The notes under the pieces are model-generated. The model was not told the origin of the DNA. It saw nothing but the letters and a program-made list of their open reading frames with translations, and did not search any database. Below, piece by piece: positions 1-13,571 of a stretch of DNA of 64,000 nucleotides (positions are counted from its first letter, which is position 1; each line of letters starts with the position of its first letter). The stretch spans positions 203,174,001 to 203,238,000 of the forward strand of contig OZ024741.1 of the NCBI GenBank assembly GCA_964016885.1, written 5' to 3'. The stretch is from Eledone cirrhosa. Its lineage: Eukaryota. Made by a program: the position numbers and the translations under genes.

Positions 1-296
1 AGCTGTGGGATTAACATAGTCTATTCTTAAATATAAGTAGTTGCACTGTTTATACTTACACCACGAAGCGTGAATTATCATTGAACAAACTTGTATTTTT
101 AAACAAACCTATTTATTTATGCAATACATAACGCAAACTCATCCACCTACACGCACACGCACGACACACACATACATACACACACACACACACATATATA
201 TATTAATTAGCAATAACTCAGCAAAGCTTATGTATGATTATTATACATAAACACTGTACATGCTTTCATATACGCCCATGCACCGCTCTCTGTCTC

Positions 297-398
<102 letters not shown>

Positions 399-424
399 CA
401 TATATACGCAGACAGACACACACT

Positions 425-563
<139 letters not shown>

Positions 564-894
564 ATATATACGCAGACAGACACACACTCACACACATACA
601 TATATATATATTATTGTAGGTATTTAGTAAATATTTAGTTGAAGTTGTTGTCTTCTACACCTAACTGCTGTATACAACTAATATTTCCATTCAAAATAAA
701 CATCAGCCAGTTACTTACTAAAATATTTTGTTTAAGATTTGTTATTTTGGTTTTGTCTCTACCTGTCTGCATCTGTAATTTATGAAGTATTTTTAAGCTA
801 ACAACATGTCATACTCGGAAGTTTGATAAAGTGAAATGTTTCGTCTGAGAACAACAGTTAAACCAGTATTTCATTACAAGTCATGCAATAGTAA

Positions 895-1361
895 TGATTT
901 CTACTTGAGGCACAAGGCCAGTAATTTGAAGGGGGAAGGAAAGTTGATTAAATCGACACCAGTGCATTACTGGTGCTTTATTACATCGACCCCGTAATGC
1001 TGAAAGTCAAAGCTTACCTCGGCGGGATTTGAACTAAAAATGTAAAGGGCCGTAACTCTATGCCACGAAGCATGGTGTCCGATACTGCCAATCCACCACC
1101 TTACTAAATACCGCAAAACAATTTGTCAAAAGCTCTTACGATTCTGATAATCAAATAAAAATAATTGTTTCTGATTTAGGCACAAGGCCAACAATTTTAG
1201 GGGAGGTGAAAGTCAATTAAATCGACCCCAGTGTGTTACTGGTGCTTTATTTTATCGACTTGGATGAAAGGCAAAGTTAACCTCGGAAAGTAATGGGCCG
1301 TAACTCTATACTACGAAGCACGTTGTCCGACGCCTTATCGATACTGCCAATCCACCGCCCT
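895..1361 (-). mobile_element. Two head-to-tail tRNA-derived SINEs (family A, Deu/Nin-like core)
   Basis: The reverse complement shows A-box-like GGATTGGCAGTATCGG, B-box-like GTTCAAATCCCGCC (first copy), core GCCTTTCATCC..GGGGTCGATAAAATAAAGTACCAG and tail GGCCTTGTGCCTAAATCAGAAAC. Copies at about 895-1100 and 1165-1361. Confidence 0.8.
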
Positions 1362-1393
1362 ATAGTAATAATAATAATAATAATAATAATGAA

Positions 1394-1425
<32 letters not shown>

Positions 1426-1722
1426 TGGTTTCTTTATTGGCCACAAGGGCTGACACGAAGAAAAACATTTGAGACGGCACAGAAGAGTACAAGACGATAC
1501 AAAGTGGGTTTTGGTCGTGTAAACAGGTTATGACAAAATCGGGCTAGAAATCCCCCAAAATTAAAACAACAAAAATTCCCCAAGAAGGGGAAACCTCCGA
1601 GGGTCACTCGTGGTGAAAACCACACAAAAGAGCACGGCCACCCTGACCACCAGGGCAAGCGCCCTCTCTCACTTTTCCCACTCCTCAGTCTACAGGCGAA
1701 TACTCAGAGCGGGCCCGTTCAC

Positions 1723-4700
1723 TCAGACCAGACTCGCCACTTTCACCCACCTTTCAATAAACTTACTAGAAGACAACACTTGCCTCTCCACTCTGATTTT
1801 CTTCTTCAAGTGAAACTTGAAAAAGTTAATCAAGGATTGGCTGGAGAGGAAAAAGCCCGTCTTCAACCCTTTCAATCTTGTCCACCACACAATCTCTTTC
1901 GCCATGGTCACCGGGCAGATGAAAACTGGCTGCCCTTCCTCCTCTTTAAAGGAGGATGGCGGGGGTATCTGCACAATGGACTCAGTCGATAACCGGCTCC
2001 GTCGTACACGCGTCAGCAGCTGTTCGACATAGCTCCACAAGTCAGCAATTCCTCGGGCACTGAACGAGTGCGTTCAAGATGGTTTCGTCGCCCTGCACGC
2101 ATCTCGGACAGGCTCGGCTGACAGCAGCTCCGTGCCTGTAGAGCTTATCCCGAACCGGCAACGCTCTCCGGTAGCACTGCCAGGCCAGGGATTTCTGGAA
2201 GTTGTCCATAGGCCTCGGTCTGAAAGTTCTCTTGAATAGAGCGAACAGCTGATCGTCTTCGACGCCCAGGGTTGCCCCGAGAACGTTGTCGCTCTTTACC
2301 TCCACTAGCCCTCTATAGAACGCCGAGGTGGATGTTCCACCGTTACTAGTGCCCAGCCGGTAGAGGGCGGTGAGCGCTTGGAGACATTCCAGCTTCCAAG
2401 CGCTATCCCTCGGTCTTTTCCTGATCCAGGACAGCAGCTCCGTCAAGGAGACGAGCTGGGGAAAAGCGCGTCTGGCAAACGGCGACAACACATGTTCACC
2501 GTCAAGGAAGCACCAGACATGTCGCAGCCTCAGCGCATGTTTGCACATCATCAGCCACAGCATGCCTAGTTCTCCACGCAACGGGTGCTGACCATGGGAG
2601 CACGTCCCTTCCACAAAAAGCGGAAGAGAAGGCGCACCATTTTGGTCAGAGTTGGGCGGGGGCAAGGTACGACGGTCAGATGACGGACGCTATGTACGCA
2701 TTCACCACCTCCACCCGACCTTTTAGAGACAGCCTCCTCTCGGCCCATTTCTGGATGAAAGAGGCCACCCTGCTTGTCACCTCGCTCCAGTCTTTCTTCA
2801 TCTGGAGGTCCGGACCGAACCAGACCCCGAGTAATTTAACCGGTCCTTCCGTCCAACGCCTCACGATGCTGTCGGACGGCATGGACTTGCCTCTCCAGGT
2901 GCCAAGTTGCAAGCTCAGCGACTTTTCCTGGTTTATCTTTGCTCCTGTCACCGCTTCGTATTCCTTAAGAGCGGTGCCGAGCATCTGGACGTGTTTGGTG
3001 CTCGACACCACCACGGTGACGTCGTCGACGTAGGCTGACATGGATCTCCCGCATCCCAGTTCGCGTGGGACCCCTCATCGTCTCCAATTTGTGTATTAAC
3101 GACTCTAGGGCCAGTACGTACAAGAGGGACGAGAGGGGGAAACCCTGGCGGACCGAGCGCATGATGCTGAAAGGCTGCGACAGTTGACCATTCACCCTCA
3201 CGATCGAGCAGATGTCGCTGTGTATCGCAGCGATCCAGCCCCTAAAAACGGGCCGGAAGCCGGCCGCCTCGAGGACCGCAGCCAGGTACCGATGGTCGAC
3301 CCTATCAAATGCTTTAGATTGATCCAAATTGATCAGGGCCCCACCCGTGCCAGGTTCCTTAACCACCCTCTCTATGATGTATCGCATGAGATGGAGGTTG
3401 TCGTGTATGGATCTGTCCGGGATGGCATGTCTGCGCCTCTCCCACCAGATCACTGACGACAAGCGCCAATCTCTTTGCTAACACCTTGGCCAAAATCTTA
3501 AACTCTGCGTTTAGCAAAGTTATGGGCCTGAAGTTGTCTACAACTTCCCCCTTGTTCGGGTCTTTTCTCAGCAGCGCCACCGCTCCTCGGCTCACAAAAC
3601 TGGGAATGCTCCCGTTCTGCTGCCAGTTGCAGTAAACATCTGCCAAGAGGTCGCCGAACAAGTCTGGCATATTCGCATAAAGCTCGTAGGGCAGACCATC
3701 CAAACCTGCCGATTTACCCCTCGTGCAGTCAGACATCGCGCCCCGTATTTCACCGGCTGTTATCGGCTTTTACCAGCACTGCGCCGCGGTCGTGGATAGC
3801 CGCGGCAGTCCGTCGAGGTATGCACCGAAATCCATACTCTGAACCGGCCCGCCGCCGCTCCCGAACAATTGAGCAAAGTGCCTTTGAAAAGCTGCACACA
3901 TCTGCTCAGGTTCGAGCAACATGCGCCCGTTTTGATCAGGCAAAGACTGAATTGTTGCTTTGTTGCCACGTCACGCCTCCACCACCCGGGCCCATTGAAC
4001 GGCTTTCGTGCCCTCGTGTTTTAGAGCACGCGTTATAGCTCTTACAACGCAGCCTTCATGCTTTGCGTTGAAGAATTGGTCGAGTGTCAATCTCGCCACA
4101 AGCACGTCGGTTGCGATGCCTGTCCTAAACGCCTCTTCTAGCTTTCTAACTAACCCTCCCTCTACTCTATTTTCCTCTATCACTACTCCTTTGCTAAACC
4201 TTATCGATTCTACTCTAATAGCCCTTTTCAGGGTAAACCACCACCTGTTGTTGACGATCGCACTCGTCAACGCACGCTTAACTAATTCGCTAATCCGGTC
4301 TCTGTAAGCTTTGCGCGCTGGGAACGACGCGTTCAGCTTCCAGTAGCCGGGCCCTTGCCTATGGAGTCTATCTAAGCCAACTTCACAAATCACAAATTTG
4401 TGGTCCGTGTAGTCGACTACTTTAAATTGTGGACAACCTACACTAGCCTTATCTGTTTCCCTTCAGAATACTCTATCTAAATGTGATCTGGGTGACGCGA
4501 TGCGGTTTGCCCATGTCCACATTGGCACATTCCGATAAGCCAGTCTGTACCTGTCAGAGAGTTCAAAACGTGTGAGCAGGTTGTTGAGGCTTTTACACCC
4601 TCCTTCCCTCTCTACTAGCCCCACATAATCCCAGCGTGCATCTAAGATACCGTTCCATTCGCCCACTAACACTAAAGAGCGGGACGTTCCAAGAAAGGTC

Positions 4701-5080
4701 TCTAGACGTCTGAGGAAATCTGGCCGTCCTGCCTCTGTTGGGGCGTAGACGGCTACTAGCCTGAAAGCATTGCCTTCGCTGCCGGTCACGTCCAGCACCA
4801 CCGACTTACCTTCTGGGTCTAGGAAGATGGCCCTTATGGCGAGATCCAAGCCTCTCCGAATAAGCACTTCAACCCCTCCCCCCGATCCTGGACGGCTGGG
4901 AGATGCGTATACATCGTAGCCGAGGAAGATCGGTGCGAAGGCTTGTGCTTCGGAGATTCTGGTCTCGCTGATGGCCACCACATCTATGTTTAGTGACCTG
5001 AGATCGTTGAGCAGGTGACCCTGCTTCCAAGATGACCCCAGGCCACGTACATTTATACTGCCTATTCTAAGTACGGCCAT
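1723..5080 (-). pseudogene. LINE ORF2 (AP endonuclease + reverse transcriptase), frameshifted
   Basis: Motifs SINVRGL, ISET, VYAP, SHLDRV, GPGYWKLN, GLDGLPYE, NFRPITLLN, LDQSKAFDRVDH, VRQGFPLS, AYVDD and CPRC..ET....LVQC. Confidence 0.92.
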
Positions 5081-5116
5081 GTTGGATGAGAAAAGGGGTA
5101 AGTGAGAAAGGATCAC

Positions 5117-6947
5117 TTACCTTGATCGTGTGGTGAAGGGACAGTAGAACCGTCCTTTTGGCTGGTCATGAAGATGTCGGTGTATATCCTCTTGGTAACC
5201 GACCCTCTGATGTCTCCAACTGCGTTGGGGAATTTTTGTTTTAAAAGTTTGTAATGTTCTATTTTGATTTCAATGATATTTATGTTTGTCGGGATAGTTC
5301 TTGGTGTTGGTGGGATGTAGTAGTTTTTTTCTGTGATGTCTGTGTGCTGCTTTATATGTTGTAAGAGTCCTTTATTTGCCATGTTTATGGCTGTGTACAT
5401 TTTGGGGACAGGGGTGATTTTGTTGCTGTTTTCTTGTTGCTGTTGAGTGTGTGTGTTTTGTTGTGTTTGCGATGTTGGTGTTTTTGGTAATGCTGGTGGT
5501 GGTGTGGTTGTTGTTGGTGGTGATGTTTGTGGTGGTGATGGTGATGGTGGTGGTGTTGCTGCAAGTCTCCTTGCAGCCTTTACCCCTCTTTGTCTGCCTT
5601 CGCTTTTGGAGGATGAAGCTTAGGGATTTTTCCTTTTTTGTTTGTTTATGGCAGACCATTTGCCACTTCCCTCCCGCCTCGTACTCCATGTCAGATTCCA
5701 TGACGTCTGGGAGGGGTATGAGCTCCACTGCTGTTGGTGGTGGTAGTGGAGCCCTCTCTGGCGATTTTGCCGCCGGTGTTGCTACTGCGACTGATGGTGT
5801 TGCTGCCACTGCTGCCGCTGCTTTAGTTTTCCGTGGCCTTGGTATGGGTGCCACGGACGTTGCCATCCTACTCACCACGGAAGGGTCTTCTGCCTCTGTT
5901 GCCTGCCCTGCTCTTGGTAGCAGCGGATTAGGCGTCGGAAGGAGGGGGGGGGGCTCTTCTTAGCTGTCTTCTGCGGGCAGAAGGCCTTGAGGTGACCCTT
6001 CTGTCCACAGAGATAGCACTTTGGGCGCCTTCCTTCCACGCTTATAGGGAATAGGAGCCCTTCTCCGAGGTCAATGATGTCTGGGATGGCTTCGATTCAC
6101 TGCTGGTCAGTCTGTATTAGCATTTGCATTCCTATTCCTGACCAGTTCTCTCTTCCCATTCTCTGTATTTGCAGTATGATGGTCTTCTCCTCGATTCCAG
6201 CCAGTACAGACGCGGCCAGCCAAGGTATGGGCACGTCGAGCGGGACCTGGGTCACTTTGACCCTCACAATTTTCTGCCCGCAGTAGAAGGGCACCAAGAC
6301 TATCTCCTCACTATTTAGGGTTTCCAAAGAGTGCGACTTCGGCTCTTGGTGAGTGTCGAAAAGTACGTCTACTTTTTGCCTCAGGTGATGTGGGTTTTGC
6401 GCACCCAGACGCACCCCAAGGCCTTTTGGATTTGAGCCTCCATGGCTCTCCCCACTCGATGTGATATTTTGCTTACGGTACGGTAAGTTACCGTGCGCAG
6501 CTGCTGGTCTTTGAAGAAATCGGATGGAGGTGTCAGGGAAACTCTGTTGTCATTTCTCGACACCATGGCTCTTGCGACTGCCATCTACTCCACCGTGACT
6601 AGCACTGTCTCCATATTTCGGGCCACACCTGCGAAAGAAGTGGCCCCTTTCCCAGCGGCACCATTATTGCTGCCGCTACTGCTGCTACTGGTCTTGTTGT
6701 TGGTGCTGTTACTGTTGCTACTGCTACAAACGGTGTTGTTGGTGTTGTTGCTGGTATCACTATTGTAGTTGGTTGTGTTTTTGGTGCCACCGTTGTTGTT
6801 GTTTTCGGTGCAATTTGTATTGTTGCTGTTCGTGTTGTTGTGTATTTTCTTGTTCGTGGTGTTAATATCGTTGTTGCATTTGTTGTCATTTTTTTCTGTT
6901 GTCTGTATCTTGGTTGACGCTGTTATTGTTGTAGTTGGTGTGGTCAT
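5117..6947 (-). pseudogene. LINE ORF1 (gag-like), frameshifted
   Basis: Fragments 6585-6947, 6381-6584, 6097-6414 and 5372-5878. Zinc knuckle CYLCGQKGHLKAFC at about 5977-6018. Low-complexity N/T-rich ends. Confidence 0.75.
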
Positions 6948-7289
6948 TTTTTCAAAGTTAGTGTTTTAAGTGTTGTCTTTGTTCACGTTGTTTGTGGTTG
7001 TGTCTGTTGTATGAGTTTCACTAACCCTCCTCTCAACTTTTACGCCGTTGTCACACGGCAGCAGACATATTGCTGGGAGCCGTGATTCAGCATGTTTTTT
7101 TTTTAAAGTAAAATGTTCAAATATTTGGGCCAAAAGGCCCAAATATTATACTTTCCCCTTCACAGGGCAAAGTCTAAGGGCTTATATCCCTTACACAACA
7201 AGACATATTTAACAACAAATAATTTTAACAGGCAAATAAAGCGACTTACTGGGAACGAGAAAAAGACGTCCGATTTGACCAATAATAAT

Positions 7290-7480
7290 AATTGTTTCTA
7301 CTTTTTGGCACAAGGCCAGCAATTACCCAGTACATTACTGGTACTTTATTTTATCGACCCCGTAAGGATGAAAGGCAAAGTTAACCTCGGCGGGATTTGA
7401 AATCAGATCATAAAGGGCCGTAACTCTATGCTGCAAAGTATGGTGTCCGACCCTTCACCGATACTGCCAATCCACCACCA
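7290..7480 (-). mobile_element. SINE family A copy
   Basis: Same head and core as the copies at 895-1361. Confidence 0.75.
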
Positions 7481-7502
7481 ATAATAAATAATAATACAAA
7501 GG

Positions 7503-7870
7503 CAATTTAACCGGTCCGTCCGTCCTACGCTCGACGACGCTGTTGGACGGCATGGACTTGTCTCTCCAGGTGCCGAACTGCAAGCCCACCGACTTTTCCG
7601 GGTTAAGTTTATCTCCCGCCAACCTTCATATTCTTCCAATAAGGTGCCGATCACCTCCATTTCCGAGGTAATGTCGTCCGCATAATCCAACACAGCCCTT
7701 CCGCGTCCCGGTTTGAGCGGGATGCCCTGCAACAGCTCCAGCTTCCGCAGTAAAGGCTCGAGAATCAAGAGAATCAGAAGGGAGGATGGAGGGCATACTT
7801 GACGGACCGATCAGGAGACCTGAAACGGTTCCGTGGGGTGGCCATTAAACTTTGACCACTGAGCAAATTC
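7503..7870 (-). pseudogene. Short RT fragment of a related L1/Tx1 LINE
   Basis: LEPLLRKLE...DYADDIT. DNA similarity to 2830-3200. Confidence 0.75.
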
Positions 7871-8207
7871 CACTCTGGCTTCCTCTCATGTCCATAGCTG
7901 CCTCACATAACCAGGTCTTTGTCATATAACCAAGTCTTTATCGTGTAACCCTGGCTATATTTAATAAGAAAACCCACCACATAACCAGCATTGAAGCCCA
8001 TGTACTCGAAGCCAGCATCTTAATCAACTACCTACACAAATACACAAAAGGAAGGGATGGAATAATGCACCGTATTATTTGAGTTATGTTGATCATCTCA
8101 AATTATTGTACCAGTTAGATTAATACAGTTAAGATTGTTGTTGTTTAACACCAAGTCTGATTGAGCAACCATTTAATCAAAGCCATAACTATCGTCATTA
8201 ATTTTCA

Positions 8208-8648
8208 GGGCGATGGATTGGTAGTATCGGTAGAATGTCCCATGTCATGCTTTTTAGCATGGAGTTACGGCCCTTTATGATCTGAGTTCAAATCCCGCCG
8301 AGGTTAACTTTGCCTTTCATCCTTACGGGCTCGATAAAATAAAGTATCAATCACGCACTGGGGTCGATTTAATCGATTTTCCCCCTCCCACTTAATTGCG
8401 GGCCTTGTGCCTATATAAGAAACCATTATTTTTCAGTGGATTGGCAGTATCGGTAGAGCATCAGACACCATGCTTTGCAGCATAGAGTTATTGCCCTTTA
8501 CGTTCTGAGTTCAAATCTCGCCGAGGTTAGCTTTGCCTTTCATCCTTGCGGGGTCGTTAAAACAAAGCACCAGTAATGTACTGGGGTAGATTTAATTGAC
8601 TTTCCTCTCTATCAAAAATGCTGGCCTTGTGCCTATAGTAGAAATCAT
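8208..8648 (+). mobile_element. Two tandem SINE family A copies
   Basis: Heads at about 8208 and 8436, each with the full core and an AGAAACCATT-like tail. Confidence 0.8.
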
Positions 8649-8788
8649 CGCCTACTTTGTAAGATACGGATTCAAAAATAGTCATTGGCATGGGGGAGAT
8701 AACCAGTGGTGAATTAGGAATGTGTGGGACAAGGCTGGACATAAACATCGCATGGTATCGCTGTTCTTTTGTCTACCCCACGACAATA

Positions 8789-8826
<38 letters not shown>

Positions 8827-9466
8827 GACAGTAAGGGTATTAAAGGACCTGTGGGATATTTTTCAGTGGAAGATTATATTATCCAAAATGGTCTTTAATT
8901 TTATAAGACGTTAGTATATAATCTGAATTAGTTTTGGAAAGTGTTTTTTTGCAAGTCACCGGTTTGTTCGTACTTTAGAAAATTTTATTTGAATTCTTAC
9001 ACATTTTATATTAGTGGAAAATGTTTACATTTTTTCACGACGAAAGCTTCTTATTATAAGTCTGTAGTTTCACATTTACCGTCAAATATACGCTATGTTC
9101 TAGCATAAATATATATCATTTTCTTAATTATGTTGCCAAATGTCAGGCAAATTAAATGAACCATTTCAGCTATATTGTACACCCTGCATAACATAAAATA
9201 CCTTGCTATAGTAAATTTACACAGTAGACAGAATCTTAGTTATTTTCTGATGAGGAGACAAAAATCGCTGAAATGCTACATAAACATAATTAATCTCATG
9301 TTTTTTTTCTTTGCACAGAGGAATAGTGAAAGCAGTTTCCAATCCATTCATTCCACAGCTAAGGTTTCTAATTAAAAAACGGTAAAAATATCTACATTAA
9401 ATTTATCTTAAGATCTTTAAATAAACATTGTGTTCTAGCATGAATATCTATTTACATAAGTTTCTA

Positions 9467-9664
9467 CGGGTGTCGGCTGAAAATATCATAGGTTGACCAC
9501 GATACTTCCATGGAATGACAAAATGAGGTTTATTTTTTAACATAGTCCCTGGAAAGAAACAGTGCAGTTATTAATAAGAAGAGTTGAAATGTATGCATGC
9601 AATATTTCACAGCTCTAGCATCATCCCTTCATAGTCATCCTATGAACTTTTCAGCTGACCCTCA
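9467..9664. mobile_element. Mariner-type MITE
   Basis: Imperfect TIRs of about 30 bp (cgggtgtcggctgaaaatatcataggttgac / gtcatcctatgaacttttcagctgaccctca) with TA on both sides. Confidence 0.75.
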
Positions 9665-10255
9665 TATATAGAAATCTTGAAATTATATAAATCTGATATC
9701 AGGCAGCGAATTGGCAGAGTTGTTAGAACGTCGAGAAAATGCCCCGCGTTGTCTTTCTGGCTCATTGCACACTGAGTTCAAATCCCGCCGATGTCATCTT
9801 TACTTTCCACCATTTCGAAATCGATAAATAAAGTGCAAGTATAGTTCAGGGAGTCAATTTTTCCGCCATACCTCTCTCTCTCTGTATTTATGTGTGTCTC
9901 TCTCTAGAAGAAATCGGCTGTGCTCGGATATTCATAAGGTATAAATGCCCAAGATTATCATTTTGTTTTCTGAGAAACTGAAAGCAAGTTTGTTTTAAAG
10001 CGTATTACACTATCATATTTTAATGCGGCGTATTGACTGAGAAGTTAGAGCATCGGTATTTGTTACGGCTCTCAGAGCTCCGATTTCATATCCCGCCGAG
10101 GTCAACATTTTCTTTAATTCTGTCTGTGTCGATAAATAAAGTATCATTTGAGGGATGCTGGATTTGTGAAATGGTTAAAGAATGGGAGAGATTTCTTTGT
10201 TGTATCTGATTCGCTATACCGCATTCTAAGTTTAAATCCCTTCTGCCAGGAATTG

Positions 10256-10612
10256 CGATCGGCAGATAGAATCAGCAATGAAAAAATTAATAGAAACAGT
10301 TTCCTTAGTTCGATCTGACGATCAGCTCCTTTATTATAAATATATATATATTCAAGGTAAGTTAGACCACTAGATACTGTCAGAAATGGAAGGAAAAATA
10401 TACAAAACAAACAAAACAAAACAATAAAATAATATTCTCTTTCTTCAAAAGTTGTCATCGACAGATAGTATCAACAATAGAAACACCAACTGAAATATTG
10501 TTTCCTTGGTCAGATCTGACAATCGGTAGCTTTCGTCGTGACCGACAGATAGTATAGACGATGGAAAGTTTAATAGAAACTTAGTTGACTTGGTTTGATT
10601 TAAGGATCGGCT
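10256..10612. repeat. Diverged internally repeated element (about 75-bp units); second copy at about 14277-14455
   Basis: Recurrent cagatagtatc..caatrgaaa...tttccttggtc.gatctgacgatc units at both loci. Confidence 0.55.
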
Positions 10613-11033
10613 TTTTTCCTCTCCCCTTTTCTTAATGAGATCTAACTCGCAGTAGAAATGTTTTCATTAATTTATATGTCACTAAAGGTTTTATTGATTT
10701 AAAACAAATCTACATAATAAAAACAAACCTGAGCTGCAGTTGGGAATGGCATAAGGCACTGCAATATGTTTTCTGTTTTCTGATGCCATATGTTGCTAAA
10801 CCCTTCTCTCAATAAAGACTTGGCATGGTACGGAATTATGTTAAGCTTCTCAGAAAGTGTTTTCTTGATTGAAATTATATGGCCTTTCTGGAAATTAAGT
10901 GGATTACAGTAATATATTTTAGATATCATTTGAAGCTGGCGTATAACCAAATAAGAACTTTCTCATCGAAAATTATTGTATCCATCAAACATTTCATATA
11001 CTTATTCACGTAAAATTAACAAACATACACGCA

Positions 11034-11141
<108 letters not shown>

Positions 11142-11384
11142 TGAGAGAGAAAGCAGCGTATATTTGAAGGTTTAGGGTAGACTTAACGTAGATATAACTA
11201 CTGTTTTTTTATGAACCCGTAAGTCCTGACGGAGTCGTACGGGCGTCATACTGACATACGGTGTTTCCGGGGCATTTTTAAACCTAGCGGAGCCCATCTC
11301 CTCTCCAGGTCTGAATACACCAGATTTCTTCTAGAGAAGGATAACGAGTGAGAAGAAGGAAGTGAGAAAGAGATATAGAGGAAG

Positions 11385-11543
11385 AATCGACCCCAGTACT
11401 AGACTAGCACTTTTTTCATCGAACTTAAATGCATGAAAGGCAAAGTTGACCTGGGTTGGATTTGGACTTGGAGAGCAGAGAGTCGGGACAAATACTGCAA
11501 AGCATTATATCTGACGTTCTGACGACTCTACCAATTCGCCGCC
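11385..11543 (-). mobile_element. SINE family A-like copy
   Basis: The reverse complement shows head GGCGAATTGGTAGAGTCG and the GCCTTTCAT core. Confidence 0.65.
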
Positions 11544-11681
11544 TACTTTGTAAGATACGGATTCCAAAATAGTCATTGGCATGGGGGAGATAACCAGTGG
11601 TGAATTAGGAATGTGTGGGACAAGGCTGGACATAAACATCGCATGGTATCGCTTTTCTTTTGTCTATTCCACGCCAATAAG

Positions 11682-11726
<45 letters not shown>

Positions 11727-11934
11727 TGGCAGTAAGGATATTAAAGGACCTGTGGGATACTCCAATTGGCTCGTGGCAGTTTTTGTGATCCATTTTTCCC
11801 TTATTTACTCCTGTTTTTCACTCCCTAACCCAACATACCTTTATCTCTACCTCCACCACTCCGTTTTCGTTATTTGTCCGCGTAATGTCATCTGATTTAT
11901 CACTCGCAGTGTCAATGATTAATTGGGATTTGTA

Positions 11935-12720
11935 TTACATTCTGACTTCAAATTCCACCTAGTCCAACTTTGATAAAATAAAGTACCAGTCAAGTGTTGG
12001 GAACAATGTAATCGACATTCCCTTCTGCATAAGTTGTTGGCCTTGTGTCTAACTTAGAAACCAAAGGGTGGTGGATTGACAGAATCATTCGAGTCTCGGA
12101 TCAAGTGCTTTGCGAAATATAGTTACGGACCTTTACGTTCTGACTTCAAATCCCGCCGAGGTTAGCTTTACCTATGACCCTTACGCGGTCGATAAAATAA
12201 AGTACCAATAATGCTTTAGGGTTGATTTAAACGACTTCCCCCTCCCCAAAAAATTGTTGACCTTGAGCATAAATCAAACCATTATTATACAATGATTTAG
12301 GGCGATGGATTGACAGTATCGGTAGAGCGTCGGACAAAATGCTTTGCGGCATCCATTAACGTTCTGTGTTCAAATCCCGTCAAGGTTAGTTTTACCTTTG
12401 ATCCTTAAGAGGTCGATAAAATGAAGTACCAGCAGTAACGCACTGGGGTCGATTTAATCGACTTTTCCCTCTCCCATAATTGTTGGCCTGGCCTTGTGCC
12501 TAAATCAGAAACCATTATTAGGATTGGCAGAATAGTTAGAGCATCGGAAAAAATGCTTTGCAGTATTTAGTTACGGCCCTTTAAGTTCTCATTTCGAATC
12601 CCACCGAGGTCAGCTTTGCCTTTCTTCATTCATGAGTTGATAAAGAAGTTGAGTCGATGTGATCGACTTTCCAAAACCCACAAATTGCTGGCCTTGTGCC
12701 TGAATCAGAAGCCATTATTA
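11935..12720 (+). mobile_element. Array of four head-to-tail SINE family A copies
   Basis: Units at about 11935-12063, 12066-12288, 12299-12520 and 12521-12720, mostly ending AAACCATTATTA. Confidence 0.8.
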
Positions 12721-13214
12721 TCATTATTATGAAATTATAAACAATTTAATTTAAGAATGCACATGTTCCTTTTATTAAGCAAATCTATACACCAGAAATT
12801 TTCTTTCTTTTTGTATAATTTTTTCATATGTAAAGCGAAACCCCCCCCCCCTCCTTCTTAATAAAGCTAGTATGGTGAAGATGATGTGGCAGAACCTCTT
12901 CTTAAAATAATTAGACGGCAAAGAAAATAAAGATACGGTTCAAAACCTTTATTTATTGCTGAGGTTTATTAGATTTTTATTATGGCGGAACGAAGATAAG
13001 ATAACGCAAAACAATATTTAACCGAACCCTTATTTTACATGCTTCATTAAAATTGATAATATATCCACCTCTTCCCAGCCGTCTTTCCATTGCTGGTTCT
13101 TAGTGTGGCGCTTATGTATTTAATGGTAACAATAACAGCAATAACAAAAAAAAAAAAAAAATCAGCAAACAACATTATTACTCCAAACAATGAAACGACG
13201 GCAAGTTGTTATTG

Positions 13215-13532
13215 GACCTCCGTCGGTTCTGACGACGATTGTTCCACTAATTTGGACAACAGAACAGTCTGCTTATGGAATTATTTTGCAAGTGGCTGAG
13301 CACTCCACGAACACATGTACACTTAAGGTAGTTCTCCGGGAGATTATGCGTGACAGCGTGTGACAAAGTTTGCCCTTCAAATTACAGGTGCATTACATTT
13401 TTTCCAGCTTTGTGAACTGGATCAAGGTGAAATAAAGTGACTTGCTCAAGGAAACAACGCACCTCCAGGAATCTAACTCACAAATATACGATTGTGAGCC
13501 GAATACCCTGACTACTAAACCACGTGTCTTCA
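13215..13532 (-). mobile_element. tRNA-derived CORE-like SINE (family B); related copies at about 32835-33170(+), 39740-40062(-), 47920-48240(+), 22000-22175(-) and 41340-41500(-)
   Basis: tRNA-like head GTGGTTTAGTAGTCAGGG, then CORE-like CCTTGAGCAAGTCACTTTA, and a shared tail. Confidence 0.65.
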
Positions 13533-13533
13533 T

Positions 13534-13571
<38 letters not shown>

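Larger units (their letters stand above)
1421..7093 (-). mobile_element. Near full-length decayed L1/Tx1-clade LINE with (ATT)n tail at 1366-1420
   Basis: ORF1 with a CCHC knuckle is followed by ORF2 with APE endonuclease, RT and a C-terminal Cys motif, broken by frameshifts and stops. The 5' end is approximate. Confidence 0.9.

Noticed and set aside
5451-5963. Hydrophobic, membrane-like plus-strand ORFs (also 6493-6969)
   Set aside because: They are antisense to low-complexity parts of LINE ORF1.
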